This document shows, piece after piece, positions 17,686 to 28,260 of a stretch of 64,000 bases of DNA. Position 1 is the first letter of the stretch; every line of letters starts with the position of its first letter. The position numbers were made by a program, and so were the translations under genes. The stretch is taken from positions 553,364 to 617,363 of the forward strand of contig JAJTXE010000003.1 in NCBI GenBank assembly GCA_021463795.1, given 5' to 3'. Origin of the DNA: Candidatus Brocadia sp. GTDB lineage: Bacteria; Planctomycetota; Brocadiia; Brocadiales; Brocadiaceae. Below the pieces are notes generated by a model. That model was not told the DNA's origin. It saw nothing but the letters and a program-made list of their open reading frames with translations, and did not search any database.

Positions 17686-20064
17686 ATGTACAAGATCGTT
17701 GAAAAGGCAAAAATCGCAGAATCTAATTTTATGATGAAGATTGAGGCGCCTCTGATTGCCAGTAAAAGAAAGCCGGGACAATTTGTGATGCTTCGTATCG
17801 ATGAACCGGGAGAGAGAATACCCTTAACCATTGCTGGCTCTGATACGGCTCGCGGCACCATCACCATTATCTTTCAGGTTGCCGGCGATACGACCCGGCA
17901 GTTGTCCACGTTAAACGTCGATGATTACCTGCTTGATGTCGTAGGTCCGTTAGGTCATCCCACTCATATTGAAAATTTTGGAACTGTCGTATGTATTGGC
18001 GGCGGTCTGGGTATTGCTCTTGTAATGCCAATAGCCGAGGCGCTCCATGAGGCTGGCAATACGCTGATATCCATTATTAGCGCTAGGAATAAGGATTTAC
18101 TGATTTGTGAAAAGGAGATGGAAGCATGCAGCAACGAGTTCATGGTTGCCACTGATGATGGCTCCAAAGGTATCAAGGGCTTTCCCACGCAAATACTCCA
18201 GGATATGATTAATAAAGGAAGAAAGATTGACGTTGTCTTCGCCGTAGGGCCGGTGCCGCTCATGGCTGCAGTCAGTAAACTTACCAAACCTTATAACATC
18301 AAGACGATTGTCAGCCTTAACCCCATCATGGTGGATGGCACCGGGATGTGTGGCTGTTGCAGGGTGTTAATCGATAATAAACCCAAGTTTGTTTGTGTTG
18401 ACGGCCCGGAGTTTGACGGACACCAGGTAGATTATGAAAACTTATCGCAGCGTTTAAAAACATACGCAAGCAAAGAACCCCGGGTGCCCAGTGTAAGCCA
18501 TGATAGTTCCTGCTGGAAACCGCCGGAAGATCGTGCAGGCACGGTTCACAAGCCCGCCGTCTCTATGCATGCCTCTGAAGGACATGCCGTTGTTGATCAA
18601 CTGGCCGCTGGTTTTTCCGGCGCCGAAACCGGTGGGGGAAAGCCGGTCGTAAAGAAGATGGGCGCCATCCCTCGCCAGAAGATGCCGGAACAAGAACCCA
18701 AAAACCGGATAAAGAATTTTGAAGAGGTGCCGTATGGATACACGCCGGAAATGGCCAGACAGGAGGCCTTGCGGTGCCTGCAGTGCAAGAAACCCCTGTG
18801 CTGTGACGGGTGCCCGGTAAGCATCGACATTCCGGGATTTATCAAGCTCATTGCGGAAGGCGATTTTCTTGCTGCGGCAAAGAAGATTAAAGAAACAAAC
18901 GCCCTGCCTGCTGTTTGCGGCCGGGTGTGTCCACAGGAAGATCAATGTGAGAAGGTGTGTATCGTCGGCAAGAAATTCAAACCGGTGGCTATTGGAAATC
19001 TGGAACGTTTTGTTGCTGACTATGAGCGAAAACAGGGCGCCGTGGAAATACCTGCAATACCAGAGAAGACGGGTTATAAAGTGGCAATTGTGGGCGCAGG
19101 CCCTGCCGGTCTTGCCTGTGCTGGTGAATTAATCAAAATGGGGCATGATGTAACGATATTCGAGGCCTTGCATAAGGCCGGAGGCGTGTTGGTTTATGGA
19201 ATTCCTGAATTCAGACTGCCTAAGTCAATCGTAGAATCTGAAGTAGAGTATCTTCGGAAATTGGGAGTCAGGGTTGAGCTGAACGCCGTTATTGGTAAGG
19301 CACAAACCGTAGATGACTTGTTACAGAACGGTTTTGATGCTGTATTCGTTGGCACTGGCGCTGGCTTACCTATGTTCATGGGAATTCCGGGAGAGAACCT
19401 GAACGGTGTTTATTCCGCTAACGAATACCTCACCAGGGTCAACCTGATGCGGGCGTATAATTCGACCTATTCCACTCCTATTGCCATGCGAAAGAATGTG
19501 GCGGTGATTGGCGCCGGAAACGTCGCTATGGATGCAGCGCGCACCGCATTACGCCTGGGTGCTGAGAATGTATATGTCGTGTACCGGCGTTCGCGGGAAG
19601 AGATGCCAGCAAGGATTGAAGAAATTCATCACGGAGAAGAAGAAGGCCTGGAGTTCAGGTTCCTCACAAATCCTATACGAATTTTAGGGGATGAAAAAGG
19701 CTGGGTCAAAGGCCTGGAGTGTGTGCGCATGGAATTGGGTGAGCCTGACGAATCCGGGAGAAGGCGTCCCATGCCGGTAAAAGGATCGGAATTTGTGATC
19801 GATGTCGAGTGTCTGATCATGTCCATCGGCAACGGTCCAAATCCCTTAGTCCAATCCACTACACCTGAAATACAGGTTAATAAATGGGGGAATATTGTCG
19901 CAGATCCGGAGACATGCAAGACGAGCAAAGAAGGGGTTTTTGCAGGGGGAGACATTGTGACGGGCGCTGCAACGGTTATTCTGGCCATGGGCGCAGGCAA
20001 AAAAGCGGCGAAGGCAATTGATGCCTACGTAAGATCAAAAAAGCCAGCCGCAATGGCGAGCTAG
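17686..20064 (+). CDS. single-polypeptide fusion of an NfnA/SudB-like FAD/[2Fe-2S] subunit and an NfnB/GltD-like subunit (ferredoxin/NAD(P)H oxidoreductase)
   Basis: Residues 1-~260 look like NfnA (...KPGQFVMLRIDEPGERIPLTIAGSD..., GGGLGIA, MCGCCRV). A ~65-aa linker with no recognisable family follows. From ...PKNRIKNFEEV the sequence looks like NfnB/GltD (CLQCKKPLC, CGRVCPQEDQCE, VAIVGAGPAGLACA, VAVIGAGNVAMD). The frame is continuous for 792 codons. Confidence 0.85.
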   Translation: MYKIVEKAKIAESNFMMKIEAPLIASKRKPGQFVMLRIDEPGERIPLTIAGSDTARGTITIIFQVAGDTTRQLSTLNVDDYLLDVVGPLGHPTHIENFGTVVCIGGGLGIALVMPIAEALHEAGNTLISIISARNKDLLICEKEMEACSNEFMVATDDGSKGIKGFPTQILQDMINKGRKIDVVFAVGPVPLMAAVSKLTKPYNIKTIVSLNPIMVDGTGMCGCCRVLIDNKPKFVCVDGPEFDGHQVDYENLSQRLKTYASKEPRVPSVSHDSSCWKPPEDRAGTVHKPAVSMHASEGHAVVDQLAAGFSGAETGGGKPVVKKMGAIPRQKMPEQEPKNRIKNFEEVPYGYTPEMARQEALRCLQCKKPLCCDGCPVSIDIPGFIKLIAEGDFLAAAKKIKETNALPAVCGRVCPQEDQCEKVCIVGKKFKPVAIGNLERFVADYERKQGAVEIPAIPEKTGYKVAIVGAGPAGLACAGELIKMGHDVTIFEALHKAGGVLVYGIPEFRLPKSIVESEVEYLRKLGVRVELNAVIGKAQTVDDLLQNGFDAVFVGTGAGLPMFMGIPGENLNGVYSANEYLTRVNLMRAYNSTYSTPIAMRKNVAVIGAGNVAMDAARTALRLGAENVYVVYRRSREEMPARIEEIHHGEEEGLEFRFLTNPIRILGDEKGWVKGLECVRMELGEPDESGRRRPMPVKGSEFVIDVECLIMSIGNGPNPLVQSTTPEIQVNKWGNIVADPETCKTSKEGVFAGGDIVTGAATVILAMGAGKKAAKAIDAYVRSKKPAAMAS

Positions 20065-20068
20065 ACTC

Positions 20069-20269
20069 ATGAAGGTTACGGTAAACGGTGAAATAAAAGA
20101 ATGCCCGGAAGAGACGACGATAGAACGCCTGCTCGACTTATGTAAGATTGACAAAAACCGTGTTGCTGTAGAATTGAATTTACATATCGTTCCCCGGAAA
20201 GAACTTTCTACTCGGATGCTGAACGATGCGGATGTTGTGGAGGTGGTGACCTTTGTTGGTGGCGGATAA
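20069..20269 (+). CDS. thiS: sulfur carrier protein ThiS
   Basis: 66 aa, MKVTVNGE..., C-terminus ...VVTFVGGG. Lies immediately upstream of thiG and overlaps it. Confidence 0.85.
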   Translation: MKVTVNGEIKECPEETTIERLLDLCKIDKNRVAVELNLHIVPRKELSTRMLNDADVVEVVTFVGGG

Positions 20270-21047
20270 GACCGGAAGGACGATAGAGAACATCCCCTTA
20301 AAGATCGGGAGGCATGAATTTACTTCCCGGCTTTTTGTTGGCACGGGCAAATATCCTTCGATGGAGATCATGAAAGACGCCCTGGCTGCCAGCGGTGCAG
20401 AGGTCGTTACGGTAGCTATTCGCAGGGTAAAGATCAATGAGACTACATCCCTGTTAGACTATATCGATACCAGGAAATTCACGATATTACCTAATACAGC
20501 AGGATGCTATTCAGCAGAAGAAGCCATCAGAACGGCACGACTTGCCCGGGAAGCAGGTATGTCCGATCTGATTAAGCTGGAAGTGCTCGGTGACGAAAAA
20601 ACCCTCCTGCCTGACCCTGTGGAAACTTTAAAGGCAACAGAAGTTCTGGTGAAAGAGGGTTTTACCGTGCTTGTGTATACCTCTGATGACCCGATTGTTG
20701 CCAGAAAGCTGGAAGATGCAGGCGCAACCAGCGTTATGCCTGCCGGTGCGCCGATTGGGTCAGGACAAGGTATTTTAAACAAAAACAACATACGAATTAT
20801 CCTTGAATCAGCAAAGGTACCTGTTATTGTTGATGCAGGCGTTGGCACGGCCTCCGACGTATCCATCGCCATGGAACTCGGATGCGGGGGTGTATTACTA
20901 AATACAGGAATTGCCCTTGCAAAAGACCCCGTCTGCATGGCAAAGGCCATGAAGCTCGCATGTGAAGCAGGACGACTTGCATTTCTTTCCGGACGCATAC
21001 CTAAAAGGCTTTATGCAAAGGCCAGTAGCCCAGAAAAAGATTTCTAA
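20253..21047 (+). CDS. thiG: thiazole synthase
   Basis: ...[17 protein letters not shown]..., ...[15 protein letters not shown]..., ...[14 protein letters not shown]... Confidence 0.95.
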   Translation: MLVADKTGRTIENIPLKIGRHEFTSRLFVGTGKYPSMEIMKDALAASGAEVVTVAIRRVKINETTSLLDYIDTRKFTILPNTAGCYSAEEAIRTARLAREAGMSDLIKLEVLGDEKTLLPDPVETLKATEVLVKEGFTVLVYTSDDPIVARKLEDAGATSVMPAGAPIGSGQGILNKNNIRIILESAKVPVIVDAGVGTASDVSIAMELGCGGVLLNTGIALAKDPVCMAKAMKLACEAGRLAFLSGRIPKRLYAKASSPEKDF

Positions 21048-21088
21048 CATTGTTCCCCTGTCCCTGGAAATATCACCCTGCAACACCA

Positions 21089-21124
21089 GAGCAAGATTTT
21101 CCATAATCTTGCTCCGTTTTTTTT
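21089..21124 (+). terminator. rho-independent terminator after thiSG
   Basis: GAGCAAGATT-ttccat-AATCTTGCTC followed by CGTTTTTTTT. Confidence 0.8.
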
Positions 21125-21147
21125 AAGAAGGAATTTTTGAATCTCTT

Positions 21148-21921
21148 ATGCTTGCGAAAAGAATTATCCCGTGTCTGGATGTCAAGGACGGACGTGTCGT
21201 TAAAGGGACCAATTTCCTACATTTGAAGGATGCAGGGGACCCTGTAGAAATAGCGTCATTGTACGACAAGGAAGGCGCCGACGAATTAACCTTCCTGGAC
21301 ATTACTGCCTCCCATGAAAACAGAAACATCATCCTTGATGTCGTAAAAAAGACCGCAGAACAGGTATTTATGCCACTAACCGTTGGCGGCGGTATTCGCA
21401 GTACCGACGACATCCGTCGGCTCCTTATCGCAGGGGCAGATAAGGTTTCTATCAATACCGCAGCAATTAAAGAGCCGGAGTTTATTGCAAAGGCCGCCAG
21501 GCGGTTTGGTAGCCAATGTATTGTAATTGCCATCGATGCAAAAAAGATACGAAGCAATTGTGATACACCACAATGGGAGGTTTACATAAACGGCGGCAGA
21601 ACAGCTACCGGTATCGATGCCGTTGCCTGGGCAAGGGCAGCAGAGAAGAGAGGAGCCGGTGAAATATTATTGACCAGCATGGACTGTGACGGTACGAAAG
21701 ATGGTTTTGATATTGCATTAAACAGAACAGTATCCGAAGCAGTCAACATCCCCATTATTGCATCTGGCGGAGCGGGTAAAGTAGAACATTTTTACGATGT
21801 TTTCACGAGCGGGAAGGCAGACGCAGCACTGGCTGCATCTGTTTTTCATTATCGGGAAATTTCTATACAGACGGTGAAGGAGTATCTGATAAAAAATGGT
21901 ATTAACATGAGAACTTACTAG
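21148..21921 (+). CDS. hisF: imidazole glycerol phosphate synthase cyclase subunit
   Basis: [23 protein letters not shown]..., ...ASGGAG... 257 aa. No other his genes are adjacent. Confidence 0.97.
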   Translation: MLAKRIIPCLDVKDGRVVKGTNFLHLKDAGDPVEIASLYDKEGADELTFLDITASHENRNIILDVVKKTAEQVFMPLTVGGGIRSTDDIRRLLIAGADKVSINTAAIKEPEFIAKAARRFGSQCIVIAIDAKKIRSNCDTPQWEVYINGGRTATGIDAVAWARAAEKRGAGEILLTSMDCDGTKDGFDIALNRTVSEAVNIPIIASGGAGKVEHFYDVFTSGKADAALAASVFHYREISIQTVKEYLIKNGINMRTY

Positions 21922-21995
21922 TAGTTATGTATCATTGTGTTCTCTATAAAGTCCTTTTTGCGACTTGTTTAAGTAAAATAAATATTCTCAATTTA

Positions 21996-22023
21996 TTGAC
22001 AATATTTAAATTAATGATATAAT
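21996..22023 (+). promoter_or_regulatory. near-consensus sigma70 promoter with extended -10, for dnaG-rpoD
   Basis: TTGACA (21996-22001), a 16-nt spacer ending ...TGa, then TATAAT (22018-22023). It lies ~45 nt upstream of the dnaG ATG. Confidence 0.6.
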
Positions 22024-22069
22024 TTTAAGGTTTGTTTATCATTTTATATAATTTATTCCCTCCAACTGA

Positions 22070-23866
22070 ATGGCAAATTTGATCCCACAAGAAAAGATTG
22101 CAGAGATACAACTTGCCTCAGATATTGTTCAAATCATCTCAGAGTACGTCAATTTAAAGCAAAGCGGTAAGAATTTTCTCGGCTTATGCCCTTTTCACTC
22201 AGAAAAAACTCCTTCATTTACTGTAAATCCTGAAAAGAAACTTTTTAAGTGCTTTGGTTGTGGTGAAGGTGGAACGGTATTCAATTTTATCATGAAGCAG
22301 GAAGGCATGAATTTTGTGGAGGCGGTAAAATTCATTGCCTCAAAGTCACACATAGATCTCCCTCTGTTCGACAATGCAAAAAAACCGTCTCTTTCCGTTA
22401 CAGAAAAGACACGTCTATTTAATATAAACAATTTGGCAGCAAGCTTTTATCACAAGATTTTACTCGATAGTGATCAGGGAAAAGAGTCGAGAGATTATTT
22501 AAAGAAAAGACAAATTAGCGATCGATCGATAAAAAACTTTTGTCTTGGATATGCGCCCAATAGCTGGGATTCATTCATAAAGGTGTGTAATGGGCGTAAT
22601 ATCTCAACGAACTTATTAGAAAAAACAGGGTTGGCGATACCCAAAAAAGAGGGGAAAGGTTATTACGACCGTTTTCGAAATCGATTGATATTCCCCATTG
22701 CAGACGTACGGAAGAATCTTGTCGGTTTTGGCGGAAGGGCACTGGATGATTCTCTCCCCAAATATCTCAACTCGCCAGAAACCATTCTTTTCAATAAGAG
22801 CCATGTCCTGTATGGAATCGATATTGCGAAAAACGCCATCTCGAAACAGCGTAAAGCGATCCTCATGGAAGGTTACACCGATGTCATCATGGCGCATCAG
22901 CATGGCATTGAATGGTCGGTCGCCGTCATGGGAACCGCTATTTCAAGGCACCATTTGAGACTTTTGCGGCAATATTGCAACCAAGTGATATTGCTGTTGG
23001 ATTCAGACATTGCAGGATGGAAATCTTCTGACAGGAATTTGGACATCTTTATTGAAGAAGAATTTGAGGTGAAGATTGCACAACTACCCAAGGGTTATGA
23101 TCCGTGTGACTTCCTCATAGCAGAGGGTGCGGACAAATTTTTAACGTATGTTCACAATGCAAAGGATTTTTTTAGTTTTAAGATCGAAACGGCAACATCA
23201 AAATGGGACACCTCAACGATCCAGGGAAAGGCAAATGCCATAAACGACGTCCTATCAACGGCCATGAAAATGCCTGATATCATCAAACGCAACGTACTGA
23301 TCAAGTGGATTGCTGAACAAATGTCCGTTGACGAGGCAACATTGCGTATCCAAATAAAAAAAATTACCAAACACCCTTTTGGCGCAGAAATGAAACAAGC
23401 TGTTCCGAAACGATTAGACGCTTCTTTCACCGCAGAGCGGGAGCTTTTGTATCTGATGTTATCTTGTAATGAACTTATCCCCAGAGTTCTTGAAGAGATA
23501 GGGCTGGATGAATTTCAGAATAAGGATCTGTTTAGGATCGCTGGCAAAGTAGTTGAATTATACCGTAAAAAGATGTTGGTAAAAGATGAAGATGTATTGC
23601 ATATATTAGACGACGCACAACTCAACAAGACGCTGATGGATATTGTAATAACAAAGGAGTTTCAAAATATTACTAATCAGGACAAGAGGTTAGAGGCATG
23701 CATACATTTTTTTAAACGGCGGAATAGTAAAAAAGAACGCCACCAGGCAAAGGAAAAAACGCTAAAGACCATGAAGACCAGCAACAACGAAGAAGATATC
23801 CTTGTGTCGCTGGAAGAATTTCATAAAAAAAGCAAAAATATCCACATCCTGAAAAATAAGAGTTGA
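22070..23866 (+). CDS. dnaG: DNA primase
   Basis: Zinc finger [42 protein letters not shown] and DSDIAG. 598 aa. Confidence 0.95.
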   Translation: MANLIPQEKIAEIQLASDIVQIISEYVNLKQSGKNFLGLCPFHSEKTPSFTVNPEKKLFKCFGCGEGGTVFNFIMKQEGMNFVEAVKFIASKSHIDLPLFDNAKKPSLSVTEKTRLFNINNLAASFYHKILLDSDQGKESRDYLKKRQISDRSIKNFCLGYAPNSWDSFIKVCNGRNISTNLLEKTGLAIPKKEGKGYYDRFRNRLIFPIADVRKNLVGFGGRALDDSLPKYLNSPETILFNKSHVLYGIDIAKNAISKQRKAILMEGYTDVIMAHQHGIEWSVAVMGTAISRHHLRLLRQYCNQVILLLDSDIAGWKSSDRNLDIFIEEEFEVKIAQLPKGYDPCDFLIAEGADKFLTYVHNAKDFFSFKIETATSKWDTSTIQGKANAINDVLSTAMKMPDIIKRNVLIKWIAEQMSVDEATLRIQIKKITKHPFGAEMKQAVPKRLDASFTAERELLYLMLSCNELIPRVLEEIGLDEFQNKDLFRIAGKVVELYRKKMLVKDEDVLHILDDAQLNKTLMDIVITKEFQNITNQDKRLEACIHFFKRRNSKKERHQAKEKTLKTMKTSNNEEDILVSLEEFHKKSKNIHILKNKS

Positions 23867-23883
23867 GGAGGTCTATCTTTTGT

Positions 23884-25536
23884 ATGGAAAGCTTAAACCA
23901 AAAAATCAAGCAGCTTGTGCAAAAAGGCAAAGAGAAGGGTTATTTAACCTATGAAGAATTGAACGATATCTTGCCTGATGATGCTGACATTTCTCCAGAG
24001 AAGATTGATGATATCTTAATGATGCTGGATGAATTAGGCATTGATTTGATCGATGAAACAGAGATTGAAAGCCGCGACGTTGTTGAGACTGAGGAAGGAG
24101 AGCCGTATCCGGAAATTGACCTGGAATTTGGTGAAGTTCCAACCATTACCGAGAAGATAGACGACCCTGTTCGCATGTACCTTACGCAGATGGGTGAAAT
24201 TCCTTTACTTACCCGTGAAGAAGAGATCATGCTCGCAAAAAAGATAGAAATTACCAGAAGAAGATTTTTAAAGAAGGTACTGCACTCCGATCTTTCCCTG
24301 GCGACCTGCTTAAGAATATTAGAGGATGTAAATAACGGAGAATTGTCGTTCGACCGTACGCTGAAGGTGAACGCAATGGTCGACAATTGCAAGAACGAGA
24401 TTTTAGAACAGTTCCCACGAAGCGCAAAAATACTGAGATCCCTCCTCCAGAAAAACAAAGAAGATTATTTTCGTGCAAAACGGAAGCAGATTTCTAAAAA
24501 GGAAAAGATAAAACTCTTCCGGACGATTAGAAACAGAAGGCGAAAAGGAATTGATTTGCTTGAAGAAATAAACATTCGCACAAAACGAATACAGCCCATG
24601 ATGAAAAGACTCCAGGAAATCATTTTTGAGATGGAACTTTTAGAAAACCAGATGGCGGAATCGAAACAGCGTTCCCGATCCAATGGTCATTACAAAGAAT
24701 TGGGATCGCAATTCGTAAAACTGGAAGAACTGGTTTTGGAATCCTCTGAGAGCCTAAAACGGCGTGTCGACTCTGTCGAGAGTATTTATAAAGAACACGA
24801 AACAGCAAAGAGAAAACTTTCTGGCGCAAACCTCCGGTTAGTCGTCAGCATTGCAAAAAAATACCGGAACCGTGGACTGAGTTTCCTGGATTTAATTCAG
24901 GAAGGAAACACCGGCCTCATGCGGGCAGTGGATAAATATGAATATCGGCGTGGCTACAAATTCAGTACGTACGCTACGTGGTGGATACGCCAGGCAATTA
25001 CCCGTTCGATTGCAGACCAGGCAAGAACAATACGTATCCCTGTACATATGATAGAAACTATGAGTAAAATAAGAAATGTTTCCAAGAAGCTGCTGCAGGA
25101 AAAAGGTCGTGAGCCCTCTATAGAAGAAATTGCAAGAGAAGTGAAGATCACGGTAGGAGAAGCGCGGCGTGTCCTGAAAATATCCAGGCATCAGATCTCT
25201 CTTGACCGGCCTGTTGGCGAAAGCGAAGATAGCTCCTTTGGCGATTTTATTGAAGACGAAAAGGCAGAATCTCCCGTATCTGCGGCAACTCAGGAGATGC
25301 TCAAAGACAAGATTGAGAATGTTTTAGAGACGTTAACCTACCGTGAAAGAGAAATCATCAAACTCCGATACGGTATCGGAGATGGCTATACCTATACCCT
25401 TGAAGAAGTTGGCAAAATATTTAAGGTCACCCGTGAAAGGGTAAGACAGATTGAGGCAAAAGCCGTACGAAAATTGCAACATCCGATAAGAAGCCGGAAA
25501 CTGGAAGGGTTTTTGGATGGGATCAGTGTGGATTAA
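23884..25536 (+). CDS. rpoD: primary RNA polymerase sigma factor (sigma70/RpoD)
   Basis: [28 protein letters not shown] (region 1.1), [26 protein letters not shown] (2.3/2.4) and [22 protein letters not shown] (4.2). GAGGAGG Shine-Dalgarno sequence at 23865-23871. The track ORF opens at a TTG at 23863. Confidence 0.95.
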   Translation: MESLNQKIKQLVQKGKEKGYLTYEELNDILPDDADISPEKIDDILMMLDELGIDLIDETEIESRDVVETEEGEPYPEIDLEFGEVPTITEKIDDPVRMYLTQMGEIPLLTREEEIMLAKKIEITRRRFLKKVLHSDLSLATCLRILEDVNNGELSFDRTLKVNAMVDNCKNEILEQFPRSAKILRSLLQKNKEDYFRAKRKQISKKEKIKLFRTIRNRRRKGIDLLEEINIRTKRIQPMMKRLQEIIFEMELLENQMAESKQRSRSNGHYKELGSQFVKLEELVLESSESLKRRVDSVESIYKEHETAKRKLSGANLRLVVSIAKKYRNRGLSFLDLIQEGNTGLMRAVDKYEYRRGYKFSTYATWWIRQAITRSIADQARTIRIPVHMIETMSKIRNVSKKLLQEKGREPSIEEIAREVKITVGEARRVLKISRHQISLDRPVGESEDSSFGDFIEDEKAESPVSAATQEMLKDKIENVLETLTYREREIIKLRYGIGDGYTYTLEEVGKIFKVTRERVRQIEAKAVRKLQHPIRSRKLEGFLDGISVD

Positions 25537-25622
25537 CGGGCACGATAGATATTACGCAACCCCTTTATAACTCCCGCTTCATCCCGTGCGAGGCGTATAA
25601 ATTTATCGTTTGAGAGGAATCC

Positions 25623-26357
25623 ATGAATGGAAGGTTAGAGACACTCCGGAGATTACAATCAATAGATACACAACTGCGAAGATTGGAAGGTGATAAACTC
25701 TATCGTGGTTACGATGTTCAAAAGAAACTTGCCCTTATCCAGCAAAAGAAAACTGAGTTGACAAAACTGAACGAAGAGGCAAAGACCTTTCAAAAAAATG
25801 TCGGAATGAAGGAGCTTGATTTGAAAAGTATGGAAACAGAGATTGCGAAATTGCGTTTACAGATGAATCAAGTCAAAACAAACAAAGAATATAGCGCAAT
25901 ACAAGCAGAAATTGGAGGAAAGGAGGCGAACAAATCAGTTCTGGAGGACGAAATCCTTGGTATGATAACGAAGTATGAAGAAATGAACCAGAGATGCAAG
26001 GCGTTTGAAAAAACGATTGAACATGAGAACTCGCAATTCAAAGAACTCCAAAAACATGTGGAAGCCGACCTGACAACCATGGATGCGCAAATACAAGAAC
26101 TGAAAAAAAAGCGTGAGAAATACACGTCCTTGCTTGACTCAGACGCTTTACAGCAATATAATCGCCTGGTAAGCCATAAGGACGCGGTGGCCGTAGTTCC
26201 GGTTGTCAACAAGGTGTGTCAGGGATGTTTTATGTCTGTAACAGCTCAAACGCTGAATCAACTTTTATCAGGTAAGGACACCACCTTTTGCCATAGCTGC
26301 GGACGTATCTTATATCTGCATAATGATAATGAAACGTCCGAGGAAGAGGAAAAGTAG
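25623..26357 (+). CDS. coiled-coil protein with a C-terminal C4 zinc ribbon (COG1579 / HP0958-like)
   Basis: ~190 aa of coiled coil, then CQGCFMSV...CHSCGRILY. 244 aa. Confidence 0.8.
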   Translation: MNGRLETLRRLQSIDTQLRRLEGDKLYRGYDVQKKLALIQQKKTELTKLNEEAKTFQKNVGMKELDLKSMETEIAKLRLQMNQVKTNKEYSAIQAEIGGKEANKSVLEDEILGMITKYEEMNQRCKAFEKTIEHENSQFKELQKHVEADLTTMDAQIQELKKKREKYTSLLDSDALQQYNRLVSHKDAVAVVPVVNKVCQGCFMSVTAQTLNQLLSGKDTTFCHSCGRILYLHNDNETSEEEEK

Positions 26358-26725
26358 ACAAGGCAGTCGCCGGCTCTTGTATCCTTAGGGAAAGAAGAGC
26401 GGGAGGAAAGTCCGAGCTCCACAGGACACGGTGCTCCGTAACGCGGAGTCCCGGTAACGGGAAGGAAAGTGCAACAGAAAATATACCGTCCCATTTTTCA
26501 TGGGATAAGGGTGAAATGGCGGGGTCATTGTCGACTTAATGTAAGAGCCCACCGCTCCGGTGGTGACATCGGAGGCATGGTAAACCCCACCGGGAGAAAG
26601 GTTAAATAGGGAGGGATGAAGTGGTCCGCTTCGGTAATACCTCCGGGTAAACCGTTTGATCTCGCTGGCAACATCGAGACTAGATAAATGACTGCCCACG
26701 ACAGAACTCGGCTTATGGTCTACTT
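26352..26725 (+). ncRNA. rnpB: RNase P RNA, bacterial type A
   Basis: P1 pairs AAGTAGAC (26352-) with GTCTACTT (-26725). Conserved blocks present: GGGAGGAAAGTCCGAGCTCCACAGG, GTAAGAGCCCACCGC, GGTAAACCCCACCGGGAG and AGATAAATGACTGCCCACGACAGAACTCGGCTTAT. Confidence 0.93.
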
Positions 26726-26774
26726 AAAAGCAAAAACCCCTCCGGGATACTGCCTCTGGAGGGGTTTTGCTTTT
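26726..26774. terminator. bidirectional rho-independent terminator
   Basis: AAAAGCAAAAACCCCTCC-gggatactgcctct-GGAGGGGTTTTGCTTTT. A-tract and T-tract flanks allow termination of rnpB (+) and of the convergent minus-strand operon. Confidence 0.7.
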
Positions 26775-26782
26775 AAGGCGAT

Positions 26783-26875
26783 TTATTTCTTTTTCCCCTT
26801 TGATCCTACTTCTTTCTTTCCTGGTTCGTCCTTCTTTTTTCCGCCGGGATTATGTTTCGCACATGTCGTACACAT
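26783..26875 (-). CDS. candidate 30-aa CxxC, lysine-rich small protein (below the track cutoff)
   Basis: AGGGGG Shine-Dalgarno sequence 6 nt before the ATG at 26875. Translation: MCTTCAKHNPGGKKKDEPGKKEVGSKGKKK*. It lies 70 nt downstream of the kor gamma gene on the same strand, and its stop is 8 nt before the terminator hairpin. Confidence 0.3.
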   Translation of the reverse strand: MCTTCAKHNPGGKKKDEPGKKEVGSKGKKK

Positions 26876-26945
26876 ATCTATCCCCCTCTTCCTGTCAAAA
26901 AATGTAATGCCTGAAATAAAATACAATTCTCATAAATTTTTACTG

Positions 26946-27521
26946 TCAGATTTGATGATGGATCGATTCTACTGCGGACATACCTCTTTCCAGCGCTTGC
27001 TTATTGATGGCAAATAAATCTCCTTTTTTTCCTTTCAGCATCTCTTGTAACTGCTTCAAAATAAGCTCTGAAGGAAATAACTTTTTAATTGCAAGATAAG
27101 CGCCCAGCATGACAATGTTTGAAACCAACACATTTCCCAACTTGCTTGCGATCTCTGTTGCCGGTACATTATAGACTTTTGCATCATGACCATTGTTCGA
27201 TTTGATCATGGAGGTATTTAAAAGAAGCAAGCCACCTGGCTTTAACATGCCCTTAAATTTTTGATAAGAAGGTTGATTCATGACTATCAGGGTATCCGCC
27301 TCTTCTATGATTGGTGAAAAAATCTCATCATTTGAGATGACGAGGTGATAGACTGCTGTTCCCCCCCTTACTTCGGTACCATAGGAAGGAAAATACGTCA
27401 CCTTTTTTCCATCAACCATCGCCGCCTGTGCAAGCAATTTTCCCAGCAGCATCATGCCCTGTCCGCCAAAACCGGCCAGGACGATTCTTTCCGTTATATT
27501 TGTGGCTCCATGATTATTCAC
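26946..27521 (-). CDS. 2-oxoacid:ferredoxin oxidoreductase, gamma subunit
   Basis: ...IVLAGFGGQGMMLLGKLLAQAA... 191 aa. Last gene of a delta-alpha-beta-gamma operon. Confidence 0.9.
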   Translation of the reverse strand: MNNHGATNITERIVLAGFGGQGMMLLGKLLAQAAMVDGKKVTYFPSYGTEVRGGTAVYHLVISNDEIFSPIIEEADTLIVMNQPSYQKFKGMLKPGGLLLLNTSMIKSNNGHDAKVYNVPATEIASKLGNVLVSNIVMLGAYLAIKKLFPSELILKQLQEMLKGKKGDLFAINKQALERGMSAVESIHHQI

Positions 27522-28258
27522 GGTTTCCAGTCTTTTATTACTCCGAGCGGAAAGGTTTTAGACATCTCTTCATCAATATGCTTCATTGCTTCGTTGGCAT
27601 CCATTCTCCAGTAAATGGGACAAGGGGAGAGAATTTCTATAAGGGAAAATCCTTTTTTCTCCATCTGTGTCTTAAACCCTCTTTCAAGGGCTTTTTTCGT
27701 CTTGCGAATATTTTCCGGTGAAGATAGACTCACACGTTCAAGGTAACTACTTCCCCCCAGAACGGCCAGGAGTTCGCATACACGAATGGGATATCCATAG
27801 TTCGTCAGGTCTCTGCCTGATTGAGTCGTTGCTGTTTTTTGTCCCACAAGGGTTGTTGGTGCCATCTGGCCGTTTGTCATACCATAGATAGCATTATTAA
27901 CGAAGATGAAGGTGACATTCTCACCTCTATTAGCGGCATGAATAATCTCCGCTGTCCCGATAGCCGCCAGGTCGCCATCACCCTGGTAGGCAAATACGAT
28001 ATGGTCTGGATGCACCCTCTTAATGCCCGTGGCAACTGCAGGAGGACGTCCATGTGCTGCCTCACACATATCAATATCAAGATAGTTATACGCAAGCACG
28101 GAACATCCAACCGGCGCCAGTCCGATAGTTTTCCCGCGAATTCCCCAGGCATCAATGATTTCTGCGATAAGCCTCAGAACGATTCCATGTCCACACCCAG
28201 GGCAGAAATGCGTTGCTGTATCAATAAATGTTTCCGGTCTTTCATATAAAGCCTTCAT
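27518..28258 (-). CDS. 2-oxoacid:ferredoxin oxidoreductase, beta (TPP-binding) subunit
   Basis: FCPGCGHG..., TPP motif ...YQGDGDLAAIGTAE...NN.IYGMTNGQ. Confidence 0.93.
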   Translation of the reverse strand: MKALYERPETFIDTATHFCPGCGHGIVLRLIAEIIDAWGIRGKTIGLAPVGCSVLAYNYLDIDMCEAAHGRPPAVATGIKRVHPDHIVFAYQGDGDLAAIGTAEIIHAANRGENVTFIFVNNAIYGMTNGQMAPTTLVGQKTATTQSGRDLTNYGYPIRVCELLAVLGGSSYLERVSLSSPENIRKTKKALERGFKTQMEKKGFSLIEILSPCPIYWRMDANEAMKHIDEEMSKTFPLGVIKDWKP

Positions 28259-28260
28259 AA

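Noticed and set aside
20065-20068. A TPP riboswitch was expected upstream of thiS.
   Set aside because: Only 4 nt separate thiS from the preceding gene, so there is no room. thiSG appear to be co-transcribed with the Nfn-like gene.
26385-27017. ORFs 26385-26699 (-), 26258-26494 (-) and 26688-27017 (+).
   Set aside because: They overlap RNase P RNA, the terminator, or a low-complexity pyrimidine-rich spacer. The RNA gene explains the region.
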